Shown piece after piece: positions 21,240 through 33,514 of a stretch of 64,000 bases of DNA. The notes beneath the pieces are model-generated. The model did no database searches. It was given only the letters and a program-made list of their open reading frames with translations, and had not been told where the DNA came from. This DNA is from Epithemia pelagica. Its lineage: Eukaryota > Protista > Bacillariophyta. Every line of letters begins with the position of its first letter. Within the stretch, counting starts at the first letter, position 1. The stretch lies in assembly GCA_946965045.2 (NCBI GenBank), contig OX337238.1, forward strand, positions 1,550,001-1,614,000, in the 5' to 3' direction. The translations under genes were made by a program, and so were the position numbers.

Positions 21240-22748
21240 TTACAGGCCTTCTGAAAATTGAATCAGCGCTTCGACCGATGCCTTGGCATCGGTGTACCTT
21301 TCCATCATCGTCATCCCGGGAAGAATACCCCTACTTTGCAAGTGCTTGCGCCAGCGGTTGTTCATCTCGATAACGTGCGGGTCGAGTTTTAGATTCTGCG
21401 CTGTAGTGGTGGCTCCTCGTCTAAAAGATCGCCGAGCGCTAAATTCCTCCTCCACCTTGACAGTCTCGGGCAGGATGTCAGGGCGCTGATGTTTGATCCG
21501 CTTCCAAAGCCCGTGAAATAGGTTATCCAGGTCTCCGATAAGTGCTCTCTGAATCTTCCCGTTTTTGGACACCCTCCGGAATAATGGTCCTTGTGTGATC
21601 TTGCGAACGTTCAGTTCTCTAATCGCTCTCTCAATCCATTTGCAGATTTCTATCCCAGAGCTTGATTTGTCTGCCAAGGGTTGGATGTACAATCGGAACG
21701 TTCCATCGGTCTGCTTGAATCTTCCTGCTAACGCCAACGGAACATGAGACACCGTTGAGCAGTAAAGTCCTTCCTCCCAGTATTTTCGCAACAATCCAAC
21801 GTCTACTTGGGGGATTTCTTCTCCTCGTAGAGCGGCGCAGAAACCGATAACGACAAGAGCCCCCGTGAGAGCGATCTCCAACTTCCTTTGTCCTTGGGAG
21901 AACCACAACCATTCTTTCTCAAGGATACTCAATCCACACAGTACTTCTTCAAGCGCAACCGCCCTGTCTGGAATCCAGACGTCCCCCATGCGTCGATGGC
22001 AGCCGGCCATAAACCTTTTAAACCAAAAACTATTGGTTGGGCTGGAGGTAAACATGATGGACGATCGGTCACCAGATCCCATGGTCGACAACCCTGTTCC
22101 TTCAGGTAGAGTATGTACAAAGTTTGAGACCACTGATCGGATTTTCCTTGCCGTCTCGAATTGAATATGTTTTGCATTGCGACCTTCTTGTAAACTCTTC
22201 ATGAGCAAGATACAAGCAATCGCCATTCCGAACGAGTCGCCAATTGCGAACGGGCCGCGATGAGGCAACGGTTCGCTCAGACCAATCAAGTCTGCCGTCT
22301 TTTGTAGATTTCGCATTTCTCTCCAATCTTTCTCTACAGTCGAACGTTCTCTCGCCCAAAAGGCATCGAGGATTGCTCGTCGCACACAAGTCGCCAACAA
22401 CTCGTCCTCCTTTGAACCGTCTCTCTGATATCGCCCCTTCATGTTGTAAAACATACAATCATCACATTGGAAGGGACACATGAAATGGTCACCTTCCCTG
22501 GCCTCTCAAAAACGCTTGGTGTCATCTTCAAACTCATCGAGTCCATTTGGATCCACCAGCGCGTCATCAAGGTCTCCGGCTTCAAGAACAGGAAACCGAT
22601 CCTCCTCTGCCTGGGTAAAACAGGTGGAATGCCACGCTCCAGCACATCGTTTGCTAGTGCCCCGTGTACATCCAAAATTTGCGCATACAACTCCCGTCAA
22701 AGGGAGAACTGGATGACCACACTTGCGACAAGCCTTTGTGGACCGCAT
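21240..22748 (-). pseudogene. Tyrosine recombinase ORF with Cys-rich N-terminus; one in-frame TGA (22508-22506)
   Basis: MRSTKACRKC..CANFGC..WHSTC..KRF*EAREGDHFMCPFQCDDC continues in frame into ALRGEEIP, ARRSFRRGATT, MMERYTD. Confidence 0.85.
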
Positions 22749-25700
22749 CCAGTACGTGTCTTGCTCTTGAGACTTGCCATGGCCTGTGAAAAAGGTGGGA
22801 GTGAACGAACGCAACTATGAGAGGTTCATGTTGGCCTTTCGACCACAAATAACAATCAACGGGAATTGTGAACACGATATCAGCAATTTTCCCGAGTTTT
22901 TTGCGCCATCAATTTGACATGAGAGCAGGACAAACAAAGATATGGGAGTTATCGGGACGGATGGTATGTGAATCACACATCAAATCTACAGCAACGTCAG
23001 CTATCGCTGGTGGAGGATTCCAAACGTAACATCCTCGTTCGAAAGCCTCGTCATACCACATGTGCGGCTTCAACTTCTTCCACTGCAACCCGGCCGTGTA
23101 TTGTAGCAGCCAATCAATGGTGCCTGGAAATCGATCTTCCGAGCTCAAATGAAGAGGAACGTGGAACAACATTGAGTCACCTGCCATCACTCCAGTGAGC
23201 AAGTCTCCTCTAGACAGACCATCGGTGCCTTGGTCAATCATCCGAGTACCCGCTACCCACACTACTCTCAGGAAGACGTTTCCGTTCATTTCTAACTTGC
23301 GTGCGCAAAGTACAAGTTCAAACAGCAAACGCGACAATGATGTCCCTCGATAGAACGCCGCTTCCGAAGTCGCGTTGTCGGTGAAGAGAAAACTTCTGTC
23401 CCCACCTTCAATCTCCAAAGATTCCAAACGGAGTATCAGATTATACAGTTCGCGAAAATTTGAAGATCTTGCACCATACTCGCGTGTCCACAGACCATGT
23501 TCTGTGTCCACGTCGTTGCTGCCATACAGCCACATCGACGATCCGAACCCTTCACCTGAGGCATCTCCAAAAATGATGACTACTTGCGAGTGCTTGCGGG
23601 GACGAGCCAGGAGTCGAGGTGGTGAATCACCTGCTGTCAGGTGCGACAACGCCTGAACATCGTCGTTGAATCGTCTTGCTTTCTTTACTTGCGCTGGGGC
23701 AGGTCCTTGAGAGACTGCCTTCAGAGTCTCATCTGTAAATAATGCATCACGTTCCTTTGGAGACAACCGCCAGCCCTCCTCATTTTGGTCTGGCCGCCAA
23801 GACTCTAGCGTCAGATGAATGCCCTTGAGGTAAGGTACCATGCTCTGAAAAGTCAAGGAGACATAGACCAGAAATCCTCGGATTTTTTCTAACTCCTTGC
23901 GATCAATCTCTTCGTCTGAAGCAGCCCACTCCTCCAGTCGTTGAATGTGGCCCTTCGTTTTGTTCCATCTTTCTTCGGAGACTGTCTTGAATACCGCATC
24001 TCCTGTTGTTTCGACTACTGCACCGGCCCATGCGCCCGGGGTTTGACTTGGGGGCCGCCGTTTTCGTGCTGCGTCTTGAAGGCCAAAGTACGATGCCCCC
24101 TGGGCCATTGCACTTGAAGCCAGCCACGCTTCCTCGCGTGTGGGTGCGGTTCCACGCAGGTCATCCACATAGGTGTGAATATCCGCGGCTATTGAACCAT
24201 CCTCCCTAACCTTGCATATCCACGGTTTGGAAGGATCGTACTCAACACTCCCAGGTAAGTTTAACTCTACGCGAGCTCACCTGAAAATGTTTTTCTTGTC
24301 GAGTCTGCAACCAAAGATTACTCTTTTGACTCGTTGGGAGCATTGGGTAGTTTGATATGGCGATACTGTTATCCCCATGGCGCATCTGACCCAAGCTTCC
24401 CATTTTCGTTTCTTCCCAGACCCGACGTCACTTTCTTCTGGAAACAATGCTGTGAGATCCACCCCCGTGTACTTCCTAATTTCTGGATGAATCCAGAAAT
24501 TTAGGAACATCTCACCAAAGTCATTGTCCGCGGACCAGGTTGTCACGTCGACGGATCTCAACATCGTATCCACCGTGGCTAGACTGAACCAGGGGGCATG
24601 GAGAGAAGCGTTGAGTCCGCTTTTTGTTCCATCATACACCATCCGTATGTCGGTAGGACCCTTGGGGACTGAGAAAAAACTGGTAAGCGAGAGGATGCCA
24701 GCTTGTGGGGCAATGTACCCTCTTTTTCTGACCTTGCTGATTTTCTTTTTCTCCAACTCCCGGCTTTTCTCGTCTGGATTGTTCCGTTGTGGGATTCTGT
24801 ATCTCGGTGGAGGTCCTATCCACATGGGTTTTACCCCGTCCCGCATTTCGACATGCCATACTCGATCTGGCATGCGCCAGAAGAACGGCGAGGAACCAGA
24901 GTCCCAATCCCACCAGGACGCCTTCGAGACATGATGCATAGCGCTCAGTCCTGCCTCAATTGAGGCCTTCTTTTCTCTATCATCCAACTTTTTTCTATGG
25001 AGTCTCCACCATGACCAAAAGTCGCTGGCAACATTCCTCTTCCAATATCTCAACGCGCCTTTCCGAATACTGTCGAGCGCTTTGATCATATCTTGCACAT
25101 CAGAAAACGCCTGAGGTTTGAACTTGGAAAGGATCCGATCATTCCATAGATGATACGGGATTTCCGCGTCATCGGATTTCGTGGCCTTCAAATTTCGGTC
25201 CTCCTCTTTGGTTTCAACGGCCAACTCAACAATCAAAGAAGGGTCCATGTCGTCTAGAGTGGACGGTTCATCCCACTCTGTCATTCCTGAGTTCTCCTTC
25301 TTGATTATAGTCGCTGGCCGTTTTTCATCTCTTGGAGGTTCTGCATCATTCTTCAGTGGTTGACTCAAAAACCGTCGAATCAAATGGATCACTTGCATTC
25401 TTGATTTGAAAGGGGGATCCACTTTATTGACCCAACGATTCAGGTCTTCTTCCGATGCTTGTTTGCTTATGATTGCTGGAAAGTCGAGAGCGAGGGAAAG
25501 TTCTCGGGCGCCCAACCATCTCGAGACAAAACCCGTTGGCGAGAATACACTGGGCAAGACATGGGATGCATTCTTGTCTTCCTTTCACTTCAATTTTCGA
25601 TTCATCAATGACGTCGCATCGCCCTCCGTCGCTTTGACTCTGCCATGGAGCGTGTGATCAATGATGCCGCGCACGCTCGTGAATTGCAAACCTGCCTCAA

Positions 25701-26418
25701 TGGCCCCATCCCACCAATTCTCGAATGTTGTTTCCTCCGGTCCTTCAGTCGGTGTTCTTGAGCTAATATAGAACCAATCAATCCGCGTGGTCACACCGCC
25801 CAGAATGCCATGGTCCATTCGCAATCGGGTGGTGCACCAGCCCATGTCCAAAGGCGGTCCTGCATTGGGTCGACTCTTCCACCACACTACAATTTGTAAG
25901 TTCGGTGTTTTCCAAACTGGGTGGTGAGGTCCAGGTGCCATTTCGTCGAAGAACACAATGCGTGTAGCCAGATAGCGAAACAAATCGTCGCTGACGTTCA
26001 TGGTTGAATCGCTATTATTCACCATGCATTCGCTTCCCCTCTTTTTTCTTCCCCACGTCTTCTCCCTTGGTTTCGCCAACTTGAGTAAAACCCAATCTCG
26101 ATGTATTGGATCCTCGCCCTTCGGCGGGTCTGAGATACTATCACTCCAATTTACCGATCCAAGCGAGGCCGTGGTCCAGAACCAAAATGGAATCTCTCTA
26201 CATATCAGACCGAGGGAGCATCCACTTGTTCCTACTGGCAAACGCGAGTGTTTGCTTTCCATAACGCCATCGCTTTCAAGAGGCGATTCGGAGCAACGTC
26301 TCTTCGCTAGCTTAACATCGCTAACCGCTAGCGTTGATACCTTGTCCGTTTTTTCCTGATTGTTTTCGTCTTCATAAAATTTGCGTTTAGTACTGTGAGC
26401 GGGATCTCTTGCGTTTTG
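22654..26418 (-). pseudogene. RT/RNase H pol frame of the YR retroelement; three in-frame TGA (25587, 24279, 22911)
   Basis: ORF-track pieces 25585-26262, 24277-25557, 22909-24168 and 22654-22875 share one frame, each separated by a single TGA. Confidence 0.85.
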
Positions 26419-28784
26419 TCATTTCTTTGCCTCACCACTCGTTCCCGCCTTGCTTCCTCCTCCCGACCCCTTTTTGTTAACGGACGCAACTGCTTGATTC
26501 ACAGATCGGGTTATCTTGTCAAGCTTTTCGTCGAACGAGTTGCGCAATTCGTCGAACTTCGATCGTGGAGTGGAAAAGCGAATGAGATGTTCATGGAGAA
26601 TTAAAGCAATGCGAGGGTGCCCGCTGAAATCATGAGAACGATATTCTCGCATAGTTTCATGAGCCTTCAAGGTGCCCCAGAGCATGCCACCCGGCGTATT
26701 GGAAGCTCTGCCTGGGGCTTGGGCGTCCCGCAAGCTTTTAAACACAGCGCGAGCGCAGTGAGATATGAGTATCCATACCTCATGCTCCGTCGCGTCGCTT
26801 TCCTCTTTGATTTCTCGGTGGTAGCGAACCATTCAGTGACACAGCTCGTCCCAGAACGTTTTGCTGAGAAGCAAAAGTTCACGAGCCACACTGGATGGTT
26901 CCGACCCGAATGTGAACAAATCCCCAATGGCTTGCTCCAAGGTCTTGCGTCCGTCCTTAACATAGTCGAGCACTCGCTGGTGTATGCCCTCGCGACCAGA
27001 AGGGGGGTGAAAGTCGACAAATTTTGGGACTCCCGCCAAGGCGCGAGAGTTAGTTGTCATGGACGAGTCGCTGCCCTTTCCCAAGAGAGGGGGCACCTCG
27101 AGATTGAAAGATGCGATATAAGCGGTGTGGTAAGGAGTCTTGTCCTTGACTCTTGCCGTGGTTGCGCGTTGATTCGCCGCCTGACCTTCATCCATGCTTG
27201 CGTCGGAAGTGGCAAGAGACAGTAAAGAAATAGCGTCTACAAACACGTGAGGATCGCCAACCGCCGAGTGCAGAGTGAGCCAGGTGTTGCAAAACTTCCG
27301 AGAAGCGAACACAATCGAGCCGACAACGATGGCGTCCGATTCGGATTGATCTTGCAAATCCTTGACATCCGCCTTAAGCTTCTCAATTTCTTCTTTCAAG
27401 GCCGTGATAACGGAGCCTCCATTTGTTGTTGACGCGGTGGCATTTGGTGGGGGGAGTGGAGTAGACGACACTCCGGTCGTTCCCCAAGCAAACATCAATG
27501 TCGCTGTGGGTTGGCCCGAAGAAGCCACTGCCGTTCCTCTTGATTCCAACATATCGATCCGCCGCTTCAAGTCGCGTAACTCACCATCCCATTTTCCTCC
27601 AGGGTCAGACGTGGTCAAGGAAGACCGAGTGAGAAGTCGCATCGTGGGCTCTACAAATCGAAGCCAAAAATCTCCGGTAGTCATAAACCGTTCGATCTGT
27701 TCCGAGACAATCTTCTCCACGTTTGTCTTCAGGTTGGCCAGATGTCCTTCCATGGTTGAAATTCGTCCCAGTACTTCAGCTGAGGGAGTGAACTCGCGGC
27801 CTTCTTCGAATCTTCCAACATGGAAGCCAAAGTATGAGTTGAGGAAGTCAGTTGGTCTATCAATCCGAACGCTGACAACGTTCCAAACGAGGTGGGCCGC
27901 TCCCCTAGAAGTTCGTGCAGTACCAACAGTTGCATATGGACAGTGTCCAACTGTTCATCATGTTTCCCCCGGAAGCTTCGACGCAGCACCTTTTCCTCCT
28001 CAACAGCCGACTTGAGCGCCGATACATTGGACAGCAAGTCTCGCCACGCGCCTTGCGTAAGAGTTCGAAACGCGGGCGTGGGTTGATTCCCCAAATCCTC
28101 CGGAACATCGATGAATGCCATAGATGCTGCGGCTCTTTCCATCTTCACGGCTGCAAGAGTATCCGCCAACATTGAATCCTCCCCTGACCTTGACGCAACA
28201 TCGGGAATTAGAGTGTCATCAGAAGGTGTTGGGAGACGCACTTTCTTTCGGGCAGGGGTGTATACGAAATTGATCCCCGTCTTGGTGTCTTCAAGGACAT
28301 GAGCCACCACCTTGCTGTCCACCGTGTCACTTCCAGACGCCATGGCCGACTCCTTCAGAGCTGAAAAGGTTGCCTGCCAGCTTTCCAGACTGCGCGGACT
28401 TGTTTCCAGCTCGGACCATTCGGCTTCGCGTATGAGAGAACTCGGAAGCGACGGATTTGCAAAGATTGAAGGGTTCTCATCTCCATCGGAACCACTAGAA
28501 CCTCGAATGAAAACGCATTGGGACTCGTCTCCCGCAATGCTAGCCCAATCAACTTTCTTGGTAGTATAGGAGGCAATCGAACAGTCACGGCGTAAACAAA
28601 CGCGCTGGCCCGAACCGATAACTCCCCTACACACTCCGAGAAACACGGACTCTTCCATCCGTAGGATACCGTAGAGAGGACCCCAGCGTAGCCCCCCCCC
28701 CCCCCCCGTCGCAATAACAGAAACAGACTCACCTGACGACCCCACAGAGGGCGAGGATTCCGAAGTCCCAGCCCAATCAAACAT
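26419..28784 (-). pseudogene. Gag-like ORF of the YR retroelement; frameshift near 27770, in-frame TGA at 26835
   Basis: CRGVIGSGQRVCLRRDC Cys cluster and coiled-coil segments; ELCH*MVRY join; ends in TGA in frame with pol. Confidence 0.7.
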
Positions 28785-29459
28785 CACGAACGGCGCAAAC
28801 CCGAAGGGAGCGACACAAACACAACGAGAGAGTGGTTGGCTATGGCAGTCAGGGAGTAAAAAAGAAAACGAAAAGAGAACTGCCAACAGGATCAATGGGT
28901 GATCAGATCCGTGATACTGCCGCTGTTAGCTCTTTCCATTAACTTATGATCTCATACATGTTGGTTGGGATACGATGCTCTGATCTGACGTGTACTTCCC
29001 ACGACAGTCCCAACCAACCCTTGACTCATTCATTGAACTCGTATCTGTGATGACGTCAACTTCTCTTCTGCGTTCGTCCGTCGGTCCCTTCTTGACCTGT
29101 TGGGTACGGTGCGGCCTCTACTGTAAGTCATAAACTCCAAAAACCATAAATCTTACATTTATGTCTGCTGGAAGATACGCTATAAGTATAAGATGGCGAG
29201 TGGTACTGTAATTCGTAAAACCTAACCAGTGTGATTTGCTCGACAATCCAACGCACGTTATATTATGATATACGCAACTACCGTAAATTGCGGAACTCAA
29301 GAACCGCCGCTTATAAGCACCATTTGGGCCATTTCGTAGGACATTGTACTTGGGCCACCCTGATGTTAATGTGCGGAAGATAAGCACCATTTTGCCTAAA
29401 CGGAGGACATTACGGCCCGTCCCGCCATTTCCCCCCAATGAGACTCCCTCCACTCCCGA

Positions 29460-30634
29460 TTAACCACACCCAGTTTTTTGGCACCAGTGGTCTGCCTGTC
29501 AACTCTTTCATGGTCTGTCCCGCTCACCAAAAACTCCAACTTGTCTAGAAAAAATTTCACATCCGTCTGGAAAGGCTTGCGTGATATGGCAGTTGGAAGT
29601 TGGCAGGCGTTCTACAAGACTCGAAAGAATGTTGTCCGGTCCTGTCCGGAGGCCACAAAATCCACGCAGAAAACAAAATGAGGCAACGACCAAACCAACA
29701 ACAACACCAAAACGGCCTCATGCTTCGTCACTGAGCACTGAGCATCTCATCTTTGTCAGCATGGTAAGTTCCACATAGCTTAACCCCTGCATTGGAATTG
29801 GACAATGGTTTGGGATAGGTTCTCTCACTTTTTTGCCATAGTGCCATGTATTTGTGCCGTATAACATCCATTTTTGGTCCATACAATGGGCGGCAGCAAA
29901 AATCAATTGTAGGATTCTTTTAGTATTCTATAGAGTTTTAAAGCTCAGTGAGATAGAATTAGTGGTGCAAACCATCCATTTCTCATCTGTTGCTCAGTTT
30001 GAGTCTTCAGTTGCTTGTGTTGTTGACTTGCTCCTCTTGTTCTTTTTTTGCCCGGAGCATGCTTGTGTTTCTGAGCAGCATTTGGGACTCTGCATGCTCC
30101 ATAACAAAAGCACGAAGAGAGTCATTCCAAATAGGGGTGTAGGGTGTACTTTTAAGTCAAGGTCACAATTGCTTGCAAAGAGACATGCCTACGGCATAGA
30201 CAAGGTGTTGTGGATGAGGGTGTGCTTTTAAACCGAGAACTACAGGAGAAAAACAACACTAGAAAAAGGAGGGATGGGGGCACAGCCAAACTCTATCTAT
30301 GGTCTATTCATGTCAAAAATGTCAGTGGTATGCATGATAGAGAATGCATGGTCATGGTGCATGTCCATTGTCCATGAGAAAGAGGGAGAAGAGAACAAGA
30401 CGAGAAAAAATTGTGTGGGTTGGAACTTGGAACAGAAGAAAGTGGAAAGTGACGCCGAACGAAGACCAACGGTCAAAGCGCGCACGTCTGCTCACAAGAT
30501 TTCAAAAGGGTGACCCAGAAGGCCGGCGTGATCATTTTCATTTTGACCAGAAAGTTTCATCAAAAACGCAAAAAAACGAAAATGAAAATGTTGGTCGGGA
30601 AGAGCGACCGGATTAAAAAACTGGGTGTGCTTAA
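29460..30634. mobile_element. TTAA-flanked non-autonomous TIR element (piggyBac-like MITE 1)
   Basis: TTAA|CCACACCCAGTTTTTT ... AAAAAACTGGGTGTGC|TTAA; no recognisable transposase inside. Confidence 0.8.
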
Positions 30635-30735
30635 TCGAGAGTACATTTGCATTTCCACTTCGAGACGCCTTTCGTATTCCTCCTTCCGTCTGTCTAACCT
30701 ATAGTCAATAGTCATACCTGCACCTTCGTTGCACC

Positions 30736-31914
30736 ATGGATGAAAATGACACAGCGCTGATCCTTCTTCTCCTACAGGAGAAGAAGAAGAAGCGTCTTTG
30801 TCGTCTTATCGAACGACAGCGTATTTGCAATCGTTCGGGAGGGATTAGTCGTGCAGCTCTGCTTCATCCAAAGTACTCTTCGTTCATGAAGCTGTATAAT
30901 AGCGGCGACGACCCCTCGTTAATAGCTTTGTGTGGGTTTGATCATGCGTCCTTCAACAGTTTGCTAGAAATGTTTACTCCATTGTTTCTCCAGTGGAGTC
31001 CCTATCCACAGAAGGCTAATGGCAAATTCCACATGAGACGCGTCCGACAGACTGGGAGGGTAGGACGCAAACGACAAGTTACTGCAACGATATGTCTAGG
31101 ATTAGTCCTCGCGTGGACACGTACTCGGGGTTCAACAGTGCCCTTACAGATCATCTTTGGGCTAACTGCTAACCCAGTTTCCGTTTGGTTACGCTTCGGA
31201 TGTCGTCTTCTCGTGAAGATTCTGCAGGACCACCCAGATGCAGAGATCAGACTACCTACGAAAGCTGAAGTTGCGAGCTTCAAGGAGGTAATAAACGCTA
31301 AGTATCCGGTCCTCAAGAATGTGTGGGGAGCGATGGATGGACTGAAAGTCCTCATCGAAGCAAACCCCGATCTCGAGAATATTTTTTATAACGGGTGGAA
31401 GTGCGATCATTATATTTCTAACCTTTTCGTTTTTTCTCCCGACGGAAAGATCCGGGCGTGCTACATCAACGCGCCCGGATCATGGCATGATTCCACCCTT
31501 GCCCACTATTCGAAGACCTACGAGAAGTTGGACTTGGTGCATAACCGAGAACAACGACGTGGTGGCGGACAGGTTGTGGTTGACTCTGCATTTGGGTCGG
31601 AGTCTCGTCCGAGTCTTTTGAAGTCTCACCAGAACAACTTGGACAGGCAAGGTCGAGTCAGAAACACAAGGGAGATGCACAAGGCCGCCACTTCGGTCAG
31701 GCAACTGTCAGAGTGGGGGATGAGAGGCTTGCAAGCCTCCTTCCCTCGCTTGAAGGATCGAATCAAGTACGAAGAGTTTGGGGAAAGGAAAATTTTCATC
31801 TCGCTCATTGTCCTTCTATACAACTACAGGGCTTCGTGTGTCGGCTTCAACCAGATTCGAACTACTTTTTATCCGTCTCTATTTCTTACGAGCCAACATG
31901 GGTATCAATTGTAG
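30736..31914 (+). CDS. PIF/Harbinger (HARBI1/DDE_Tnp_4-like) transposase, apparently intact (392 aa)
   Basis: WGAMDGLKV, APGSWHDS, VVDSAF, RQLSEWGMRGLQASFPRL; HTH-like N-terminal region. Confidence 0.9.
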   Translation: MDENDTALILLLLQEKKKKRLCRLIERQRICNRSGGISRAALLHPKYSSFMKLYNSGDDPSLIALCGFDHASFNSLLEMFTPLFLQWSPYPQKANGKFHMRRVRQTGRVGRKRQVTATICLGLVLAWTRTRGSTVPLQIIFGLTANPVSVWLRFGCRLLVKILQDHPDAEIRLPTKAEVASFKEVINAKYPVLKNVWGAMDGLKVLIEANPDLENIFYNGWKCDHYISNLFVFSPDGKIRACYINAPGSWHDSTLAHYSKTYEKLDLVHNREQRRGGGQVVVDSAFGSESRPSLLKSHQNNLDRQGRVRNTREMHKAATSVRQLSEWGMRGLQASFPRLKDRIKYEEFGERKIFISLIVLLYNYRASCVGFNQIRTTFYPSLFLTSQHGYQL

Positions 31915-31933
31915 TACTACTATAATCCTTAAT

Positions 31934-33280
31934 CTAATCTTCATGTTCTTCCATGTTCTTGTCGTTGTTTGTATCGTTGCTCGTAGTCGTAGTGTGGTCT
32001 TCGTGGGTTGCTGGCTTCGCCGTACTGTGTTGTGGTTGGACCAGTTCGTGTTGGAGCTGCTGTGGTTGTGGTTGGACCAGTTCGTGTTGGAGCTGCTGTG
32101 GTTGGACCTGTTGATGTTGGAGCTGTTGTCCCCTGGGCGCCAGCAGCATCAGCATGTTGGTCTGCTGCTGCATCATCATCTGAAACATTGATTGTTGCAT
32201 CGCCATTGCCTGCTGTGCACGTGCGTCCTCCCTTTCTCGTCGCTCGTCTTCTTTCTCTCGACGAAAGGCCCTTTCCTTTTCTTCGGCTTCTTGGCGTTGT
32301 TGTTGTGATACCATCATGTATTTCATGATGGCATCAGTTCCGTCTTCATTCTCCGTCGCATGTTTGCGACGCTTCTTCGTAGCCGAGCGAAGTGGCTTCG
32401 AGAGACTTGTTCTCGGTGTCTCGAGATTGTCTTGTTTGTCTCGTTTGTCTTGTTTTTCTCCATGGTTGTCTTCTTCCACTTCATCATCGTCTTCTCCATA
32501 GTCAGCATCTCCGTCTTGTAGGCTCTCGTCTGTAGACGAGGAGTCGAACCCCAAGTCCCTCTTGCCTGGCTTTTCTCCCACGTCGCAGCGTTGTTGTATC
32601 TCGATAAGAATACGCTTCGCTGCCTTGACTTCCTTTGGACAGTCAGGGTCTCCTGTGGGGATCTTCCTCCCGTGAAGCGCTCCAAAACGGCGCTTCAGTG
32701 ATTCCCGGTCTCTCATGCGCTCAGGGTCGTTGAAGTGTTCGTTGTATGCTTCGGTGACCCTGTCCCAATCGTGTTGCCCAGCAGGTTCGACCGCCGAAAT
32801 GATGTCCAGAAGGTACCAAGTCTCGTCCTCTGTGAAGTTTCTCCCTCGAGTGCAACCTGGTCCTCCGTTCCCCTTTGTTGTTTCGGGTGCTTTTCCTTTG
32901 TTTCCTTTGGTTGTTGTGTTAGACGTTGTTGTTGTTTAATTGGAGGCTTTAGGAGGAAGGGTGGGCGGCGTCTTGTTTTTCTTTTTTGGTGCTGCTTTCT
33001 TCTGTTGCTTCTGTTCTTCCTTGAGTCTCTGGAGGCAGAGTCGAGGTGACTCACGCCGTACAGGTGGAACGCTTGTAGTTGCTTTGGGTGAGGGAGGGAT
33101 GTTGGACTTCGTTACATTCAATTGAATGGACAAGTCCTGAGGTCCCTGAGTGATGGCTTGAGGTGGCGTTGGGACCTGGGTTGGGACATCTTCCTCTGAG
33201 CTGGAGTCATCGTTTTGGGCCAACCCGGCCTCAACTTCAGCAAAGGCTTTCTCCATCTCCTTTCCCAGATTGTTGGCCAT
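31934..33280 (-). pseudogene. Myb/SANT-like DNA-binding partner of the Harbinger element; one in-frame TAA at 32938-32936
   Basis: After TAA the same frame reads RGRNFTEDETWYLLDII..HDWDRVTEAYN..RDRESLKRRF; Gln-rich tail. Confidence 0.75.
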
Positions 33281-33514
33281 GGTCAGGACACGGGTGAAAG
33301 GACAAGAAGAGAGAGGGAGAGAGAGGGCGCAGGTGAAAGGCTAAGGAGAGAGAAGACGAGGAGCGGTAGAGGTAGAGAACGAGAGGAGCTTTTTCCTTCC
33401 TCTATGGGGGGTGATATATCATATACATGTATGGACATATATATATATACGGACTGAGAATAGGTTTGTGTCGAGAGTTCATGAGCCGGGGCCTACCCTC
33501 GGACAAATTTCGTC

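Larger units (their letters stand above)
20820..29110 (-). mobile_element. Tyrosine-recombinase retrotransposon (DIRS/Ngaro/PAT-like), inactivated; boundaries approximate
   Basis: gag-like region, RT (FSVPKG..IRMVYDG, YVDD), RNase H (FGDASG, FTDN, DGLSRG) and YR (ALRGEE, SFRRG, terminal Tyr) in the order typical of YR retroelements. Confidence 0.9.

Noticed and set aside
22506-26835. Genome-wide alternative genetic code (UGA = Trp)
   Set aside because: Other genes end normally in TGA (e.g. 10912-10914), and TGG is used for Trp throughout, including in this element.
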